NCBI GenBank assembly: GCA_964016885.1
Contig: OZ024741.1
Span: forward strand, 33,604,001-33,668,000
DNA: 64,000 nucleotides
Source of the DNA: Eledone cirrhosa
Lineage: Eukaryota
Reading direction: 5' to 3'
Positions within the stretch are counted from its first letter, which is position 1, and each line of letters begins with the position of its first letter. Below the pieces are notes generated by a model that saw only the letters and a program-made list of their open reading frames with translations, made no database searches and was not told where the DNA came from. This document shows positions 51,644 through 64,000 of this stretch, piece after piece. Both the position numbers and the translations under genes were made by a program.

Positions 51644-52607
51644 CATGGTGGCTGCCAACTCGTTTTCGAGTACGGCCACTACTTTATATCCATGTAGGAG
51701 AACCCCTACCGATGCGCTGAACGAGTGTGACTTTTTAGTCCAGCCAGCCACTTGAAAACTCTGGTACAAACACTACACTTCTGACAATTATTGAGACATA
51801 GTGCTGGGCCCATGGTACCATGTGATGACAAGTGCAGAGAGATCTCCAGATATAAAGCAATGCCTGTGCCGTGAAGCTTTTATAGTGAGCAAAGGCACTG
51901 CACAAAGCCAGTCCCACTCTCTTAACCAAGATGATATTTACCAAAAAGAAGAACAAGTCAACATCATTGGATACCATCGAGGTTGCAGGTGTTATATCAG
52001 AGTTTTCCTTCTCCTAGAATTCTGCCTTGACAAAGGCTAAGGGGTCATCTCTCCCGGTGATTTTGGATGACCATTGACTCTTACGAGCTCCTTTGCCCTT
52101 TGACAGGTTTTGTTTTTAGTCCTGCAGGATGTCCAAAGTCCCCCTCCTCACCAAGAAACCTTGGTGGGGTTGCCAGTTTAGTCGCCAACGACCCGACCAT
52201 GAGACAGGTTGTACTGGGATACATGTTACCAGTAGCACCAACAGACATAAATACATACATACATGGTGGCTGCCAACTCGTTTTCGAGTACGGCCACTAC
52301 TTTATATCCATGTAGGAGAACCCCTACCGATGCGCTGAACGAGTGACTTTTTAGTCCAGCCAGCGACTTGAAAACTCTGGTACAAACACTACACCTGTGA
52401 CAATTATTGACACATAGTGCTGGGCCCATGGTACCATGTGACGACAAGTGCAGAGAGATCTCCAGATATAAAGCAATGCCTGTGCCGTGAAGCTTTTATA
52501 GTGAGCAAAGGCACTGCACAAAGCCAGTCCCACTCTCTTAACCAAGATGATATTTACCAAAAAGAAGAACAAGTCAACATCATTGGATACCATCAGGGTT
52601 GCAGGTA
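51644..52607 (-). mobile_element. Two tandem bipartite non-autonomous RTE derivatives
   Basis: Near-identical to the 26394-27334 family; copies 51644-52244 and 52262-52607, bounded by (CATA)n. Confidence 0.8.
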
Positions 52608-52825
52608 TACATACATACATACATACATACATACATACATACATACATACATACATACATACATACATACATACATACATACATAAGGACCAATATTCAC
52701 AATGAAAGGAAATAATTAAGAAGTTAATGATATGCTTAATTATGGGAATTTTCAATTGTATTCCATTCACTTGTCAATGAATGTTTAGTAAGGTAACGTG
52801 AAGTTGATGACAGTATACTTGGTGC

Positions 52826-53698
52826 AGTAACAACAGTAACTACAGTAACTACAACAATAACTACAACAGTAACTACAACAATAACTACAACAATAACTAC
52901 AACAGTAACTACAACAATAACTACAACAGTAACTACAACAATAACTACAACAGTAACAACAACAGTAACTACAACAATAACTACAACAGTAACTACAACA
53001 ATAACTACAACAGTAACTACAACAGTAACTACAACAGTAACTACAACAATAACTACAACAATAACTACAACAGTAACTACAACAGTAACAACAACAATAA
53101 CTACAACAGTAACTACAACAGTAACTACAACAATAACTACAACAGTAACAACAACAATAACTACAACAGTAACTACAACAGTAACTACAACAATAACTAC
53201 AACAGTAACTACAACAATAACTACAACAGTAACTACAACAATAACTATAACAGTAACTACAACAATAACTACAACAATAACTACAACAGTAACTACAACA
53301 ATAACTACAACAGTAACTACAACAATAACTACAACAATAATAACTACAACGAGAACAGCACCGAGAACAACAACAACGAGAACAACTACAACGAGAACAG
53401 CATCAACTACAACAACAACAACAATAACTACAACAATAACAACAACAATAACAACAACAATAACTACAACAACGAGAACAACTACAACGAGAACAGCATC
53501 AACTACAACAACAACGAGAACAACTACAACGAGAACAGCATCAACTACAACAACAACGAGAACAGCATCAACTACAACAACAACGAGAACAACAACAATA
53601 ACTACAACAACAACAATAACTACAACAACAACACAACAACAACGAGAACAACTACAACGAGAACAGCATCAACTACAACAACAACGAGAACAACAACA
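52826..53698. repeat. 12-bp (ACAACARTAACT)n and AAC-rich repeats
   Basis: Direct reading. Confidence 0.9.
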
Positions 53699-53914
53699 CG
53701 GTGTTTTACAGAATCAGAATTTATAGAAATCAAATGACAATATATTAAACAGTAAGTGGCGGTGCCCCAGCATGGCCTGTCTCCCTGCTAGAACATGTAA
53801 AAGAATAATAGAAAAGAAGATTTTGTTGTTGTTGCTGCTGTTTATGTTTTTCATCATAAAATAAGATTGCTGCTTATTGGTTCTAATAGCTTGAATAATG
53901 CAATGAATAGATTG

Positions 53915-54243
53915 ATGTGAAGGCCTAGTGGTTAGAGCATTGGGCTTGCAATTGAGAGGTTGTGAGTTCGATTCTCGAACCGGTGATGCGTTGTGTCCTT
54001 AAGCAAGATACTTTATTTCACGTTGCTCCAGTTTACTCCGCTGTAGAAATGAGTTGTGACGTCACTGGTGCCAAGCTCTATCGGCCATTGCCTTTCCCTT
54101 GGACCTCATCGGTGGCGTGGAGAGGGGCGACTGGTATGCATGGGTGACTGCTGGTCTTCCACAAAACAAACTTGCCCAGGCTTGTGCCTCGGAGGGAAAC
54201 TTTCTAGGTGCAAATCCCATGGTCATTCGTGACCGAGTGGGGC
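53915..54243 (+). mobile_element. tRNA-derived SINE, family B (near full length)
   Basis: A box aggcctagtgg (53921), B box gagttcgattc (53964), body tgtgtccttaagcaagatactttatttcacgttgctccagt; reverse copies at ~62795-63035 and ~50630-50712. Confidence 0.8.
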
Positions 54244-54279
54244 CAAACATTGACACAAAGCTAAATAGAAACAACCGTT

Positions 54280-54455
54280 ATGGAATTGGTAAACTCGTCG
54301 GACGCCATGCTTTCCAGCATAGAGTAACATCCCTTTACGGTCTGAGTTCAAATCCCGCTGAGGTTAATTTTGCCTTTCATCCTTACGGGCTTGATAAGAT
54401 AAAGTACCAGTAATGCACTTTGGTAATGCTGGCCTTGTGCCAAAAAATAGAAAAT
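54280..54455 (+). mobile_element. Family A SINE
   Basis: gtcggacgccatgc...gagttcaaatcccgc..ggccttgtgccaaaa. Confidence 0.75.
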
Positions 54456-54458
54456 CAT

Positions 54459-55050
54459 TGTGTGTTTGTGTGGATATATTTATACTTGTGTAAGTGTATG
54501 TGTGTTTGTGTGGATATATTTATACTTGTGTGTGTGTTTGTGTGGATATATTTATACTTGTGTAAGTGTATGTGTGTTTGTGTGGATATATTTATACTTG
54601 TGTGTGTGTTTGTGTGGATATATTTATACTTGTGTAAGTGTATGTGTATTTGTGTGAATATATTTATACTTGTGTAAGTGTATGTGTATTTGTGTGAATA
54701 TATTTATACTTATGTGTGTGTTTGTGTGGATATATTTATACTTGTGTGTGTGTTTGTGTGGATATATTTATACTTATGTGTGTGTTTGTGTGGATATATT
54801 TATACTTGTGTAAGTGTATGTGTGTTTGTGTGGATATATTTATACTTGTGTAAGTGTATGTGTGTTTGTGTGGATATATTTATACTTGTGTGAGTGTTTG
54901 TGTGGATATATTTATATTTGTGTGAGTGTTTGTGTGGATATATTTATATTTGTGTGAGTGTATGTGTGTTTGTGTGGATGTTTATACTCATGTGAGTGTT
55001 TTTATGAATATATTTATACTTATGTGAGTGTATGTGTGTTTGCGTGGAGA
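54459..55050. repeat. ~30-40-bp GT-rich minisatellite
   Basis: gtgtttgtgtggatatatttatacttgtgt(aagtgtat) repeated. Confidence 0.9.
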
Positions 55051-55176
55051 AATTTATTTCCTCAGACATATAAATATATTCTTATGTTAGTTGCAGATAC
55101 TTTATCCACAAAAAAAGTTTGTAATAATAGAATTAAACCAAAAACTTGGTTTTGTACCCATTTTATATATAAAATA

Positions 55177-55373
55177 CAGACCTGTCAACTCGCCCCATCC
55201 GACTGGGAGATCTCCCACCCACTTTGTGGTGAGTGAGAGATGTCTTCTCTTGTAAAAAGGGGTATATCTTTTCTTTCATTATGTAAAATCTCCCCATTTT
55301 GTCTCATTTCTCAAATCTGGGGCATTTTCTTTCATGGATTCCCCATTTGGGTTTTTAGAGGTTGGCAGGTCTG
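55177..55373. mobile_element. hAT-like MITE
   Basis: TIRs CAGACCTGTCAAC / GTTGGCAGGTCTG; flanking taaaatac/gaaaatac may be an 8-bp TSD. Confidence 0.6.
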
Positions 55374-56315
55374 AAAATACTACAATTAGCCGCCATTTTT
55401 TACGGTAAGGGGGCAGCTACTCTTACTATAATATTTAATGTATCCAGGGACGCCTTATTCTAGACACAAGCCTCTTTCTGGAATTTAAGAAGGTAAGCTG
55501 TGATTCGAGGAAGAATTTGGCTCGTATTTCTAGCAAGTAGAGGGATTACACAGAAGGATCCTTCATTGACTTGTATTTGTAGAGGGTGTGTGTGTGGGGG
55601 GGGGGGATAATCTCAACTTCACCTACTCCATTAATATCAATAAGAGGTAACCACACACACTATAGCTACCACACCACCATCACCACCATAACTACCACAC
55701 CATTATTACTCCATTACCACCACCACCATTGCTCCATTACTACTACTACACCACCACCACTATTGCTACCACATTACCACCACAGTTACCACACCACCAC
55801 CACCACTGCTACCACACTGCCATTACCAATGCTACCACACCACCATCACCACCATAACTACCACACCATTATTACTCCATTACCACCACCACCATTGCTC
55901 CATTACTACTACTACACCACCACCACTATTGCTACCACATTACCACCACAGTTACCACACCACCACCACCACTGCTACCACACTGCCACTACCAATGCTA
56001 CCACACCACCACCACTGTTACCACACCACCACCATTACTACCACCACCACCATTGCTACCACACCACTACCACTGCTACCACCCCCACCACCACCAACCA
56101 CCATTGCTACCACACCACCATCACACCACAACCACACCACCACCACCATTGCTACCACACCACCACCACCACCACCACCATGATCACCACTTCAATATCT
56201 AAAGTCAATAGCATTGATAAATTGTTGATACGTTAGTGGAGGCTACCTCTTATCATGAAAGGTCAAGTAATTGATTATATTTCTAGCAATTATACTTGAA
56301 ATATATGTGTATGTG

Positions 56316-56347
<32 letters not shown>

Positions 56348-56584
56348 TACATATATAGGAAAAAGTATGACCCCGACGGCAGAGCTCTAGCCGTTTCGAC
56401 GGCTATTAGCAGAAATAGCTGTCGAAACTGCTTGAGCTCTACCGTCGGGGTCATACTTTTTCCTATTACCAACTCTACTACCCTAAGTATTGAGTACTCT
56501 GGTGCGTTATGGTCCATCTGGTTCCTTACCACAACTCCTTCGTTATATACACATATATATATTACATATATATATGTGTGTGTT

Positions 56585-56645
<61 letters not shown>

Positions 56646-56802
56646 GTATGTATGTATATATATATATGTATGTGTGTTTATATATATATATGCATGTAAT
56701 CACGTAGGATCTTTCTGTCTATCGATGTCACATGTAGAGTCACAAGTCACAAGAAACTGGAAGAGAATCAACACGTTTCCAAACAAATAAATGTCACTAC
56801 AT

Positions 56803-57947
56803 TTACTGTGTACTCTTTCTCTCATACTCTGTACTCTTTCTCTCATACTGTATACTCTTTCTCTCATACTCTGTACTCTTTCTCTCACACTGTACTCTTT
56901 CTCTCATACTGTGTACTCTTTCTCTCATACTCTGTACTCTTCTCTCATACTGTGTACTCTTTCTCTCAAACTGTGTACTCTTTCTCTCATACTCTGTACT
57001 CTTTCTCTCATACTCTGTACTCTTTCTCTCATACGATGTACTCTTTCTCTCATACTGTGTACGCTTTCTCTCATACTGTGTACTCTTTCTCTCACCCTGT
57101 ACTCTTTCTCTCATACTCTGTACTCTTTCTCTCATACTCTGTACTCTTTCTCCCATACTCTGTACTCTTTCTCTCATACTGTGTGAGAGAAAGAGTTCAC
57201 AGTATGAGAGAAAGAGTACACAGTATGAGAGAAAGAGTACAGCGTATGAGAGAAAGAGTATACAGTATGAGAGAAAGAGTACAGAGTATGAGAGAAAGAG
57301 TATACAGTATGAGAGAAAGAGTAGAGAGTATGAGAGAAAGAGTAGAGGGTATGAGAGAAAGAGTACACAGTATGAGAGAAAGAGTACAGGGTATGAGAGA
57401 AAGAGTACACAGTATGAGAGAAAGAGTACAGTGTGAGAGAAAGAGTACACAGTATGAGAGAAAGAGTACATAGTATGAGAGAAAGAGTATACAGTATGAG
57501 AGAAAGAGTACAGAGTATGCGAGAAAGAGTACAGAGTATGGAGAAAGAGTACACAGTGTGATAGAAAGAGTACAATATGAGAGAAAGAGTATACAGTATG
57601 AGAGAAAGAGTATACAGTATGAGAGAAAGAGTACAGACTATGAGAGAAAGAGTACAGAGTATGAGAGAAAGAGTACACAGTATGAGAGAAAGAGTACAGT
57701 GTGAGAGAAAGAGTACACAGTATGAGAGAAAGAGTACACAGTATGAGAGAAAGAGTATACAGTATGAGAGAAAGAGTACAGAGTATGAGAGAAAGAGTAC
57801 AGACTATGAGAGAAAGAGTACACAGTATGAGAGAAAGAGTACACAGTGTGAGAGAAAGAGTATACAGTATGAGAGAAAGAGTAGAGAGTATGAGAGAAAG
57901 AGTACACAGTATAAGAGAAAGAGTACAGTGTGAGAGAAAGAGTACAA
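56803..57947. repeat. 21-bp minisatellite in two opposite orientations
   Basis: (tactctttctctcatactgtg)n to ~57181, then the reverse-complement array. Confidence 0.93.
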
Positions 57948-58062
57948 AGTTCAAATCCCGTCGAGGTTAACTTTGCCTTTCATCCTTACGGGGTCGATAA
58001 AATAAACTACCAGTAATACACTGGGTAATTGCTGGCCTTGTGTCAAAAGTAGAAACAATTAT
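57948..58062 (+). mobile_element. Headless family A SINE
   Basis: Starts at the B box gttcaaatccc directly after the minisatellite. Confidence 0.75.
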
Positions 58063-58322
58063 ATACCAGCGGTTCCCAGATTGAGGTCAGTGAAGGTAAT
58101 ACTGGCGGTCCAAGTACTAAGTTCAAATTTTTAAATACCTTCTTAAAAACACAATATGCATTGACCGTATTGAGGGGAGATAATTATAGCAAGTTATCTT
58201 GGTAGGGGAAATGTTAGGAATTATTTGTATATATAATCAGTTGATTTACCTTAAAGTTTGAACACCAAACATTGCCTCAATTTACCCCAGTGTTTAGACA
58301 GTTGAACTGAAGCAAATAACAG

Positions 58323-58397
<75 letters not shown>

Positions 58398-58486
58398 TTT
58401 TAATATTAATGAGGGGTTCTACAGGACTAGAGGTGTTTCATTCGTGAGAAATCATGTGGTTACCTCCGATTCAACCCGGAATAACT

Positions 58487-58528
<42 letters not shown>

Positions 58529-58760
58529 ATATTTAAATAAAAAGGAAAATTTCGCTCTACATGGCTGAATACAATAAATGTAATCTGAGTTTTTCGAATA
58601 TTAATAATAACATTCGATTCGTTTACAATTATGCAAACAAGCCTCAATTTTATAGCCATGTCAGTAGAATGAACACTTCATTCTAATTGAGGCTTGTTTG
58701 CATAATTACAAGCGAATCGAATGTTATTAATATTCGAAAAACTCACTTACATTTATTATA

Positions 58761-58825
<65 letters not shown>

Positions 58826-58877
58826 CGTGTATATATATGTATGTATCTATATATATTTTTTTTTGTATATGTATGTA

Positions 58878-58917
<40 letters not shown>

Positions 58918-59589
58918 TCAAATTACAAAACTGCAAACGAAAGAAAAGTAAACTCACATATGAAATATATTAAAACAAAATTTATTAATTGATATATTAC
59001 TAGCCGCCGTTGGCGAAACGTAGTTTATGTCGACATTAATCTATGCACTTTCCACTGTAACCCTGTGTACATAAGTTTATTGACAGACTCATGTAAGTTA
59101 GATTAAGAGCTTGCTTGTTGATTACACTGTAATGTTGGTTGTACAAATAATGTTAACATGGGCCGATGTATTTCAGACTGCAATACGCTTGAAGATAACA
59201 TGATTCTAATACAAAATCAATGACCTAAACAAGAAAATTATAAAATAATAAATTAATAATAAACATTAAAACAAAATTATCTGGAAGAAGGCTAACAAAA
59301 AACATTTATATACACATTTGAAATTCCCGGCATAAAACAAACAATTTACTGGTGTTGAATATGAAGGAAAAATTGTATGGGTGTAATGCAATTGCATACT
59401 AATTACTATGTTCCGGAAACCACATTTTTATATTGACTTTTTCTCCGTGTAAAAGTATAAAACTTAGAATTAGATCTTAACAAGTAAAGGTGAGAAGAAC
59501 TAGCTTTATATATTAACAACAAAGTAAAGAGATAGTTTTATCTATGTTTATTTATGTACACACGCATATTTATATATATATATATAGTA

Positions 59590-59775
59590 ATAATTGTTTC
59601 TACTTTTGGCACAAGGCCATCAATTACCCAGTGCATTACTGGTACTTCATTTTATCGATCCCCGTAAGGATGAAAGGCAAAGTTAACCTCGGCGGGATTT
59701 GAACTCCGAATGGAAAGGGCCGTAACTCTATGCGTCAAAGCATGGCGTCCGACCCTCTACCGATACTGCCAATCG
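59590..59775 (-). mobile_element. Family A SINE
   Basis: Reverse complement of the full head, body and tail. Confidence 0.8.
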
Positions 59776-59956
59776 ACCGCCCTATATATATAGCAATAAT
59801 CATAAATGTTAGGGCTAAAATCTTAAGAGGGCTCGATAAGGATAATATATATCAAATATATAAAACCCATAGAGTAAATATTAAGTTTCAGAATATCCTG
59901 TTATGGATGAAAACAGCGATTCTTTGCTTAAACTTTAATCTGTTATTTAATATATA

Positions 59957-60393
59957 CTAGTAGAATGCCCGGCGTTGCTCGGGATTTTCTGTAGGGTTAT
60001 ATATTTGACATATATTTATCCTTCTCGAGCCTCGTGAAGTAAATACGTTTGTTTATATTTTGTAATTGTGTATGCAAAAATATCTGTACACGAATATATA
60101 AATAACAGTACAGAGAAGTACGAATACCTCGGCCTCGGGTTGATGTCTACATTTTGTGCTTATAAAAAAAGTTCGTCGTACATTACCAGGGTTTTTTTCC
60201 GTTCGAAGAAAATCAATACTTTATCGCGAAATAAATACTTTTGTTTATATGTGTATGCAAAAATATCTGTACACGAATATATAATTATATATATATAAGC
60301 AAAGAATCGCTGCTTTCACCCTTAACGGGATCTTCTGAAACTAAAATAATAAATCTGTGAACGCAGAAGTAAATATTTCGAAAAACGTTACAC

Positions 60394-60442
<49 letters not shown>

Positions 60443-60449
60443 TATATAT

Positions 60450-60496
<47 letters not shown>

Positions 60497-60765
60497 GCGT
60501 CATAATGACGTAATGCAGACAGCCAGACATACAGACAGATATTATAATGGCGCAACGTAATATCTATGTATCTATCTAAAAAGAGAAAGACTAAGAGAGA
60601 GAGAAAGAGATCGCTAAATCGCCTAGGGCATTGAAAATTTGAATTTTTGCTCAGAACACTCAATAGGACCATAAGTATTACATGTGTAAAGTTTGAATAC
60701 AATCGGTTGGGTGGTTGTCGAGTTTTAGTGATTGAACAGACAAACAGACATTCTCTGTTTTAGTA

Positions 60766-60770
<5 letters not shown>
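59957..60770 (-). mobile_element. Non-autonomous Helitron
   Basis: Minus-strand 3' end CCCGagcaacgcCGGG hairpin plus CTAG|T; the 5' end tatattactaaaacagagaatgtctgtttgtctg is typical of Helitrons. Confidence 0.72.
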
Positions 60771-60812
<42 letters not shown>

Positions 60813-61337
60813 TGTGTGTGTATATATATATATATATGAATAAAATTAGTCCTTCATCAGTGATCTTCATTGGTATTTCTTCGCTTTAAAGATCATATAC
60901 CTCTGGTTGGTGCGAGCAATAACTAAAGAAAGTTATTGGGACACGTAAAATAGGGTGAAGCGAGCGAGACATGTAAACAAACATAGATGGTAATGCAACG
61001 GAAAGAGAGGAAGAGAAGAAACAAGTCCGTGATATCTATGAATTTAAGTTCTGTGAAATCATAGACGAGAGATAAAGACCATCCAACCTGGGTGAGATGT
61101 GAGCGAGAAAAGGATTTCACGCAGGTCAAACGGGAGGAAGTGAGAGAGAGGGAGTAGCAGAGAGTGAGTGAGTGAAAGTGTGAGGAAGAGGCCAGCGGAG
61201 AGAGAGTGACTGGCTATACCTCTGGTTGGTGCGAGCAATAACTAAAAAAAAAGTTATTGGGACACGTAAATTAGGGTGAAGCGAGCGAGACATGTAAACA
61301 AACATAGATGGTAATGCAACGGAACAACAGTTACATA

Positions 61338-61460
61338 TACAGATACTGAAGATTAGTTGGGTTATACACCTCAACTCATTCAGCCTGCCATAAGGTTTTT
61401 TCTTCTTATGACAAGCTGAATGACTTGGGATAAACAACCCAACGAAACTTATGTACCTGT
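61338..61460. ncRNA. Inverted pair of hammerhead-like motifs with CTGAATGA core
   Basis: Plus: acaag-CTGAATGA-cTTGGG ataaacaa CCCAAc-GAAAC ttat GTA-cctgt. Minus: cagg-CTGAATGA-GTTGAG gtgtataa CCCAAC-taat cttca GTA-tctg. Confidence 0.5.
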
Positions 61461-61812
61461 ACATGTCACTGTTGTAATCAATTGTACTTAACTCGTCCTA
61501 TGAACTGAGTACTCTAAACCTTTGGATATTTATACCAAATTTGTACCAGTGTATGAGTGTGTGTGTGTGTGTGTGTGTATATACATACATATATATATAT
61601 ATATAAATACATATATATATACATACATATATATATATATATATATTTATTAAAATAACAGATTAAAGTTTAAGCAAAGAATCGCTGCTTTCACATCTTA
61701 ACGGGATCTTCTGAAACTAACAAAGTCAATCTGTATATATATATACACACACGCACACACACACATATATATATATATACTTGTATATATTTTAGACTTT
61801 TGACACACACAC

Positions 61813-61894
<82 letters not shown>

Positions 61895-62029
61895 ATGTGT
61901 GTGTGTGTGTAGGTAAAAGATAGAAGTAGAAACTCACAAAAGTGTATTTAAAGACATTCTTTTTCTTTAATCCAACAAAACAAATATTTCTATATTTGGT
62001 ACATCAAATATATTTGTGTTTTATCAAAT

Positions 62030-62780
62030 ATTTTGTACCGGTTTCTATTGGTTACGACAGGAATTGCAATGGGCACGAACGTAGCGCCCCCATACGCCAT
62101 TTTAGTAATGCAGTTGCTCGAGAAAAAGATTTACAATGAATCGCTTTGAATATTTGGAGTCACATTCTACACTCATTAAAAAATAACTGAAAAAGATATT
62201 TGGATAATTGTTTTATCATATGGCAGGATAACCTTGACACAGAAGACTAAAGTATGATTTGATTACTAATCAAATCATATTACTCAATTACTCTATTACG
62301 TGTTCCATTCGGTATACTGAGGCCATGCTGGGGCACAAAAACTTTCAATCCACGATAGATTTTAATCACAAGGAACTACATTTTTATATCTCAATCATTA
62401 AAAACTGAAGAACCAAATACAACTGAGTGAACTGGAACAAATGTGAAATAAAGTAAATGTTTTGCTCAATGATACAACACGCAGCCGGGAATCGAATCTG
62501 CCACCTTTCGATCTTGAGCCGAAAATCCATGATGGGGGAATAGAAACTCACTAACTATAAACAGTAACTTCTCTTCGGTTCGAGCCATCTTAAAACATAC
62601 AAAAACGAACATTTCTTTAACCTACTTAAAAGAATATGTACAATATCGTACCTGGCAAAAAGTAATCATTGATGAAAAACTAGAACTGAAAAATATACTT
62701 ATCGAAATAACGTTTCCACTTAGTCTAATGACCCATGAAATAGAAAGAGCCATACCTAAGGAAAACAGAAACACAAAAAA
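62030..62780 (+). pseudogene. Decayed Penelope-like RT (Neptune-type) with SINE fragments inserted
   Basis: Allowing frameshifts and stops, reads GIAMGTNVAP..A.LVMQLLEKKIY...KRYLDNCFIIW and a later SSH.KHTKTNI-like thumb motif. Confidence 0.7.
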
Positions 62781-62794
62781 AAAAACCCAAGAAA

Positions 62795-63035
62795 CTAGAG
62801 GCACAAGTCCGGGAAAGGTTGTTTGTGAAAGACTGAAAGTCCAACAGTCTCCCATGTTGTCCAAGGGAAAGGCAATGGCCGATGCATCTTGGCACCTGTC
62901 GCAACACATTAACTACAGCTGAGTAAACTGGAGCAACGTGAAATAAAGTGTCTTGCTTAAGGACACAACGGGAATCGACTCTACGACCTTTTGATCTTGA
63001 GCCACAAAAATCAAACCACTAAAACCACGCCCCTT
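62795..63035 (-). mobile_element. Family B SINE
   Basis: Reverse complement matches 53915-54200. Confidence 0.7.
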
Positions 63036-63049
63036 CATACACTCACACA

Positions 63050-63128
<79 letters not shown>

Positions 63129-63292
63129 TTGTACATATTAAATCTTCTAATCACGTGTGTGTTCGTGTCTTGTGGTTAATTTTATCACTTCCTTTTTTAC
63201 ATTTAATTTTTTTAGCGGATGGAGTGGGGGAGATGACTTTTGCGACAAAGACAACCATTGTCTCCTCTCTTCATCACTTGTTCCTCCTTCAG

Positions 63293-64000
63293 AATCATCA
63301 TCATCATCACCATCATCACCATCATCATCATCATCATCATCACCATCATCATCATTATCATCACCATCATCATCATCACCCCCCGCCCCCATCATCACCA
63401 TCATAACCACCACCACTATCATCATCATCATCATCACCACCATCATCATCATCATCATCATCATCACCATCATCATCATTGTCACCATCTTCATCATCTT
63501 CATCACCATCGTCATCATCATCGTCGTTAGCGTCGTAGTCGACGTCATTAATATAATGTAAAATATTCTTTATATAGCTGCTTTTGTCGTTGTCATCACC
63601 ACCACCATCACCATCACCACCATCATCATCACCACCACCATCACCATCACCACCATCATCATCGCCATCACCATCACCATCAACGCCATCATCATCACCA
63701 TCATCACCATCATCATCATCATCATCATCGCCAGTACCATCATCACTATCACCATCATCATCATCATCATCATCGTCATTAAAAAGGAGAATTGTTTTAG
63801 TTGCTGTTATTGTTGTTGTCTATAAACACATGTAGCAAAAAATATGGTGGTTGTTACTGTAACAGTTGTGGTGGTGGTGGTGGTGGTGGTGGTGGTGGTG
63901 GTGGCGGCGGTAGAGGTAGTGGAGAGTGGTGGTGGTGGTGGTGGTGGCGGCGGTGGCGGTAGAGGTAGTGGAGAGAGGTGGTGGTGGTGGTTGTGGTGGT
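63293..64000. repeat. (CAT/CAC)n and (GGT)n low-complexity tracts
   Basis: Direct reading. Confidence 0.9.

Noticed and set aside
53915-53990. tRNA gene
   Set aside because: A and B boxes are present but there is no clean cloverleaf, and it continues into a multi-copy SINE body.
56803-57970. Overlapping ORFs with MRERVHS / LCTLSLI repeats
   Set aside because: Translations of the 21-bp minisatellite.

Overview
AT-rich, microsatellite-saturated eukaryotic DNA, most consistent with an intronic or intergenic region of a cephalopod (probably Octopus; inferred from repeat character, not proven). I see no convincing host gene and no CRISPR array, and almost all listed ORFs are translations of simple repeats. 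The recognisable content is mobile DNA: (i) a young GIY-YIG Penelope-like retroelement (PLE) at 39.0-43.8 kb with an uninterrupted RT+GIY-YIG frame and a 1.33-kb inverted 3' copy, plus a related truncated copy at 16.3-18.0 kb and older remnants; (ii) a 5'-truncated Tx1/L1-clade LINE at 3.8-6.3 kb; (iii) RTE-clade fragments and a bipartite non-autonomous RTE derivative; (iv) two tRNA-derived SINE families; (v) non-autonomous Helitrons and hAT/Tc1-type MITEs; (vi) several minisatellites, some seeded by TE sequence. The most interesting signal is a dense set of roughly 15 type-I hammerhead-ribozyme motifs, intact to decayed and from several unrelated sequence families. They sit in PLE 3' UTRs and in short, often palindromic, non-coding elements embedded in (TA)n tracts, and include a CUGAAUGA core variant present in two inverted copies. 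All coordinates were read by eye and may be off by a few bases.
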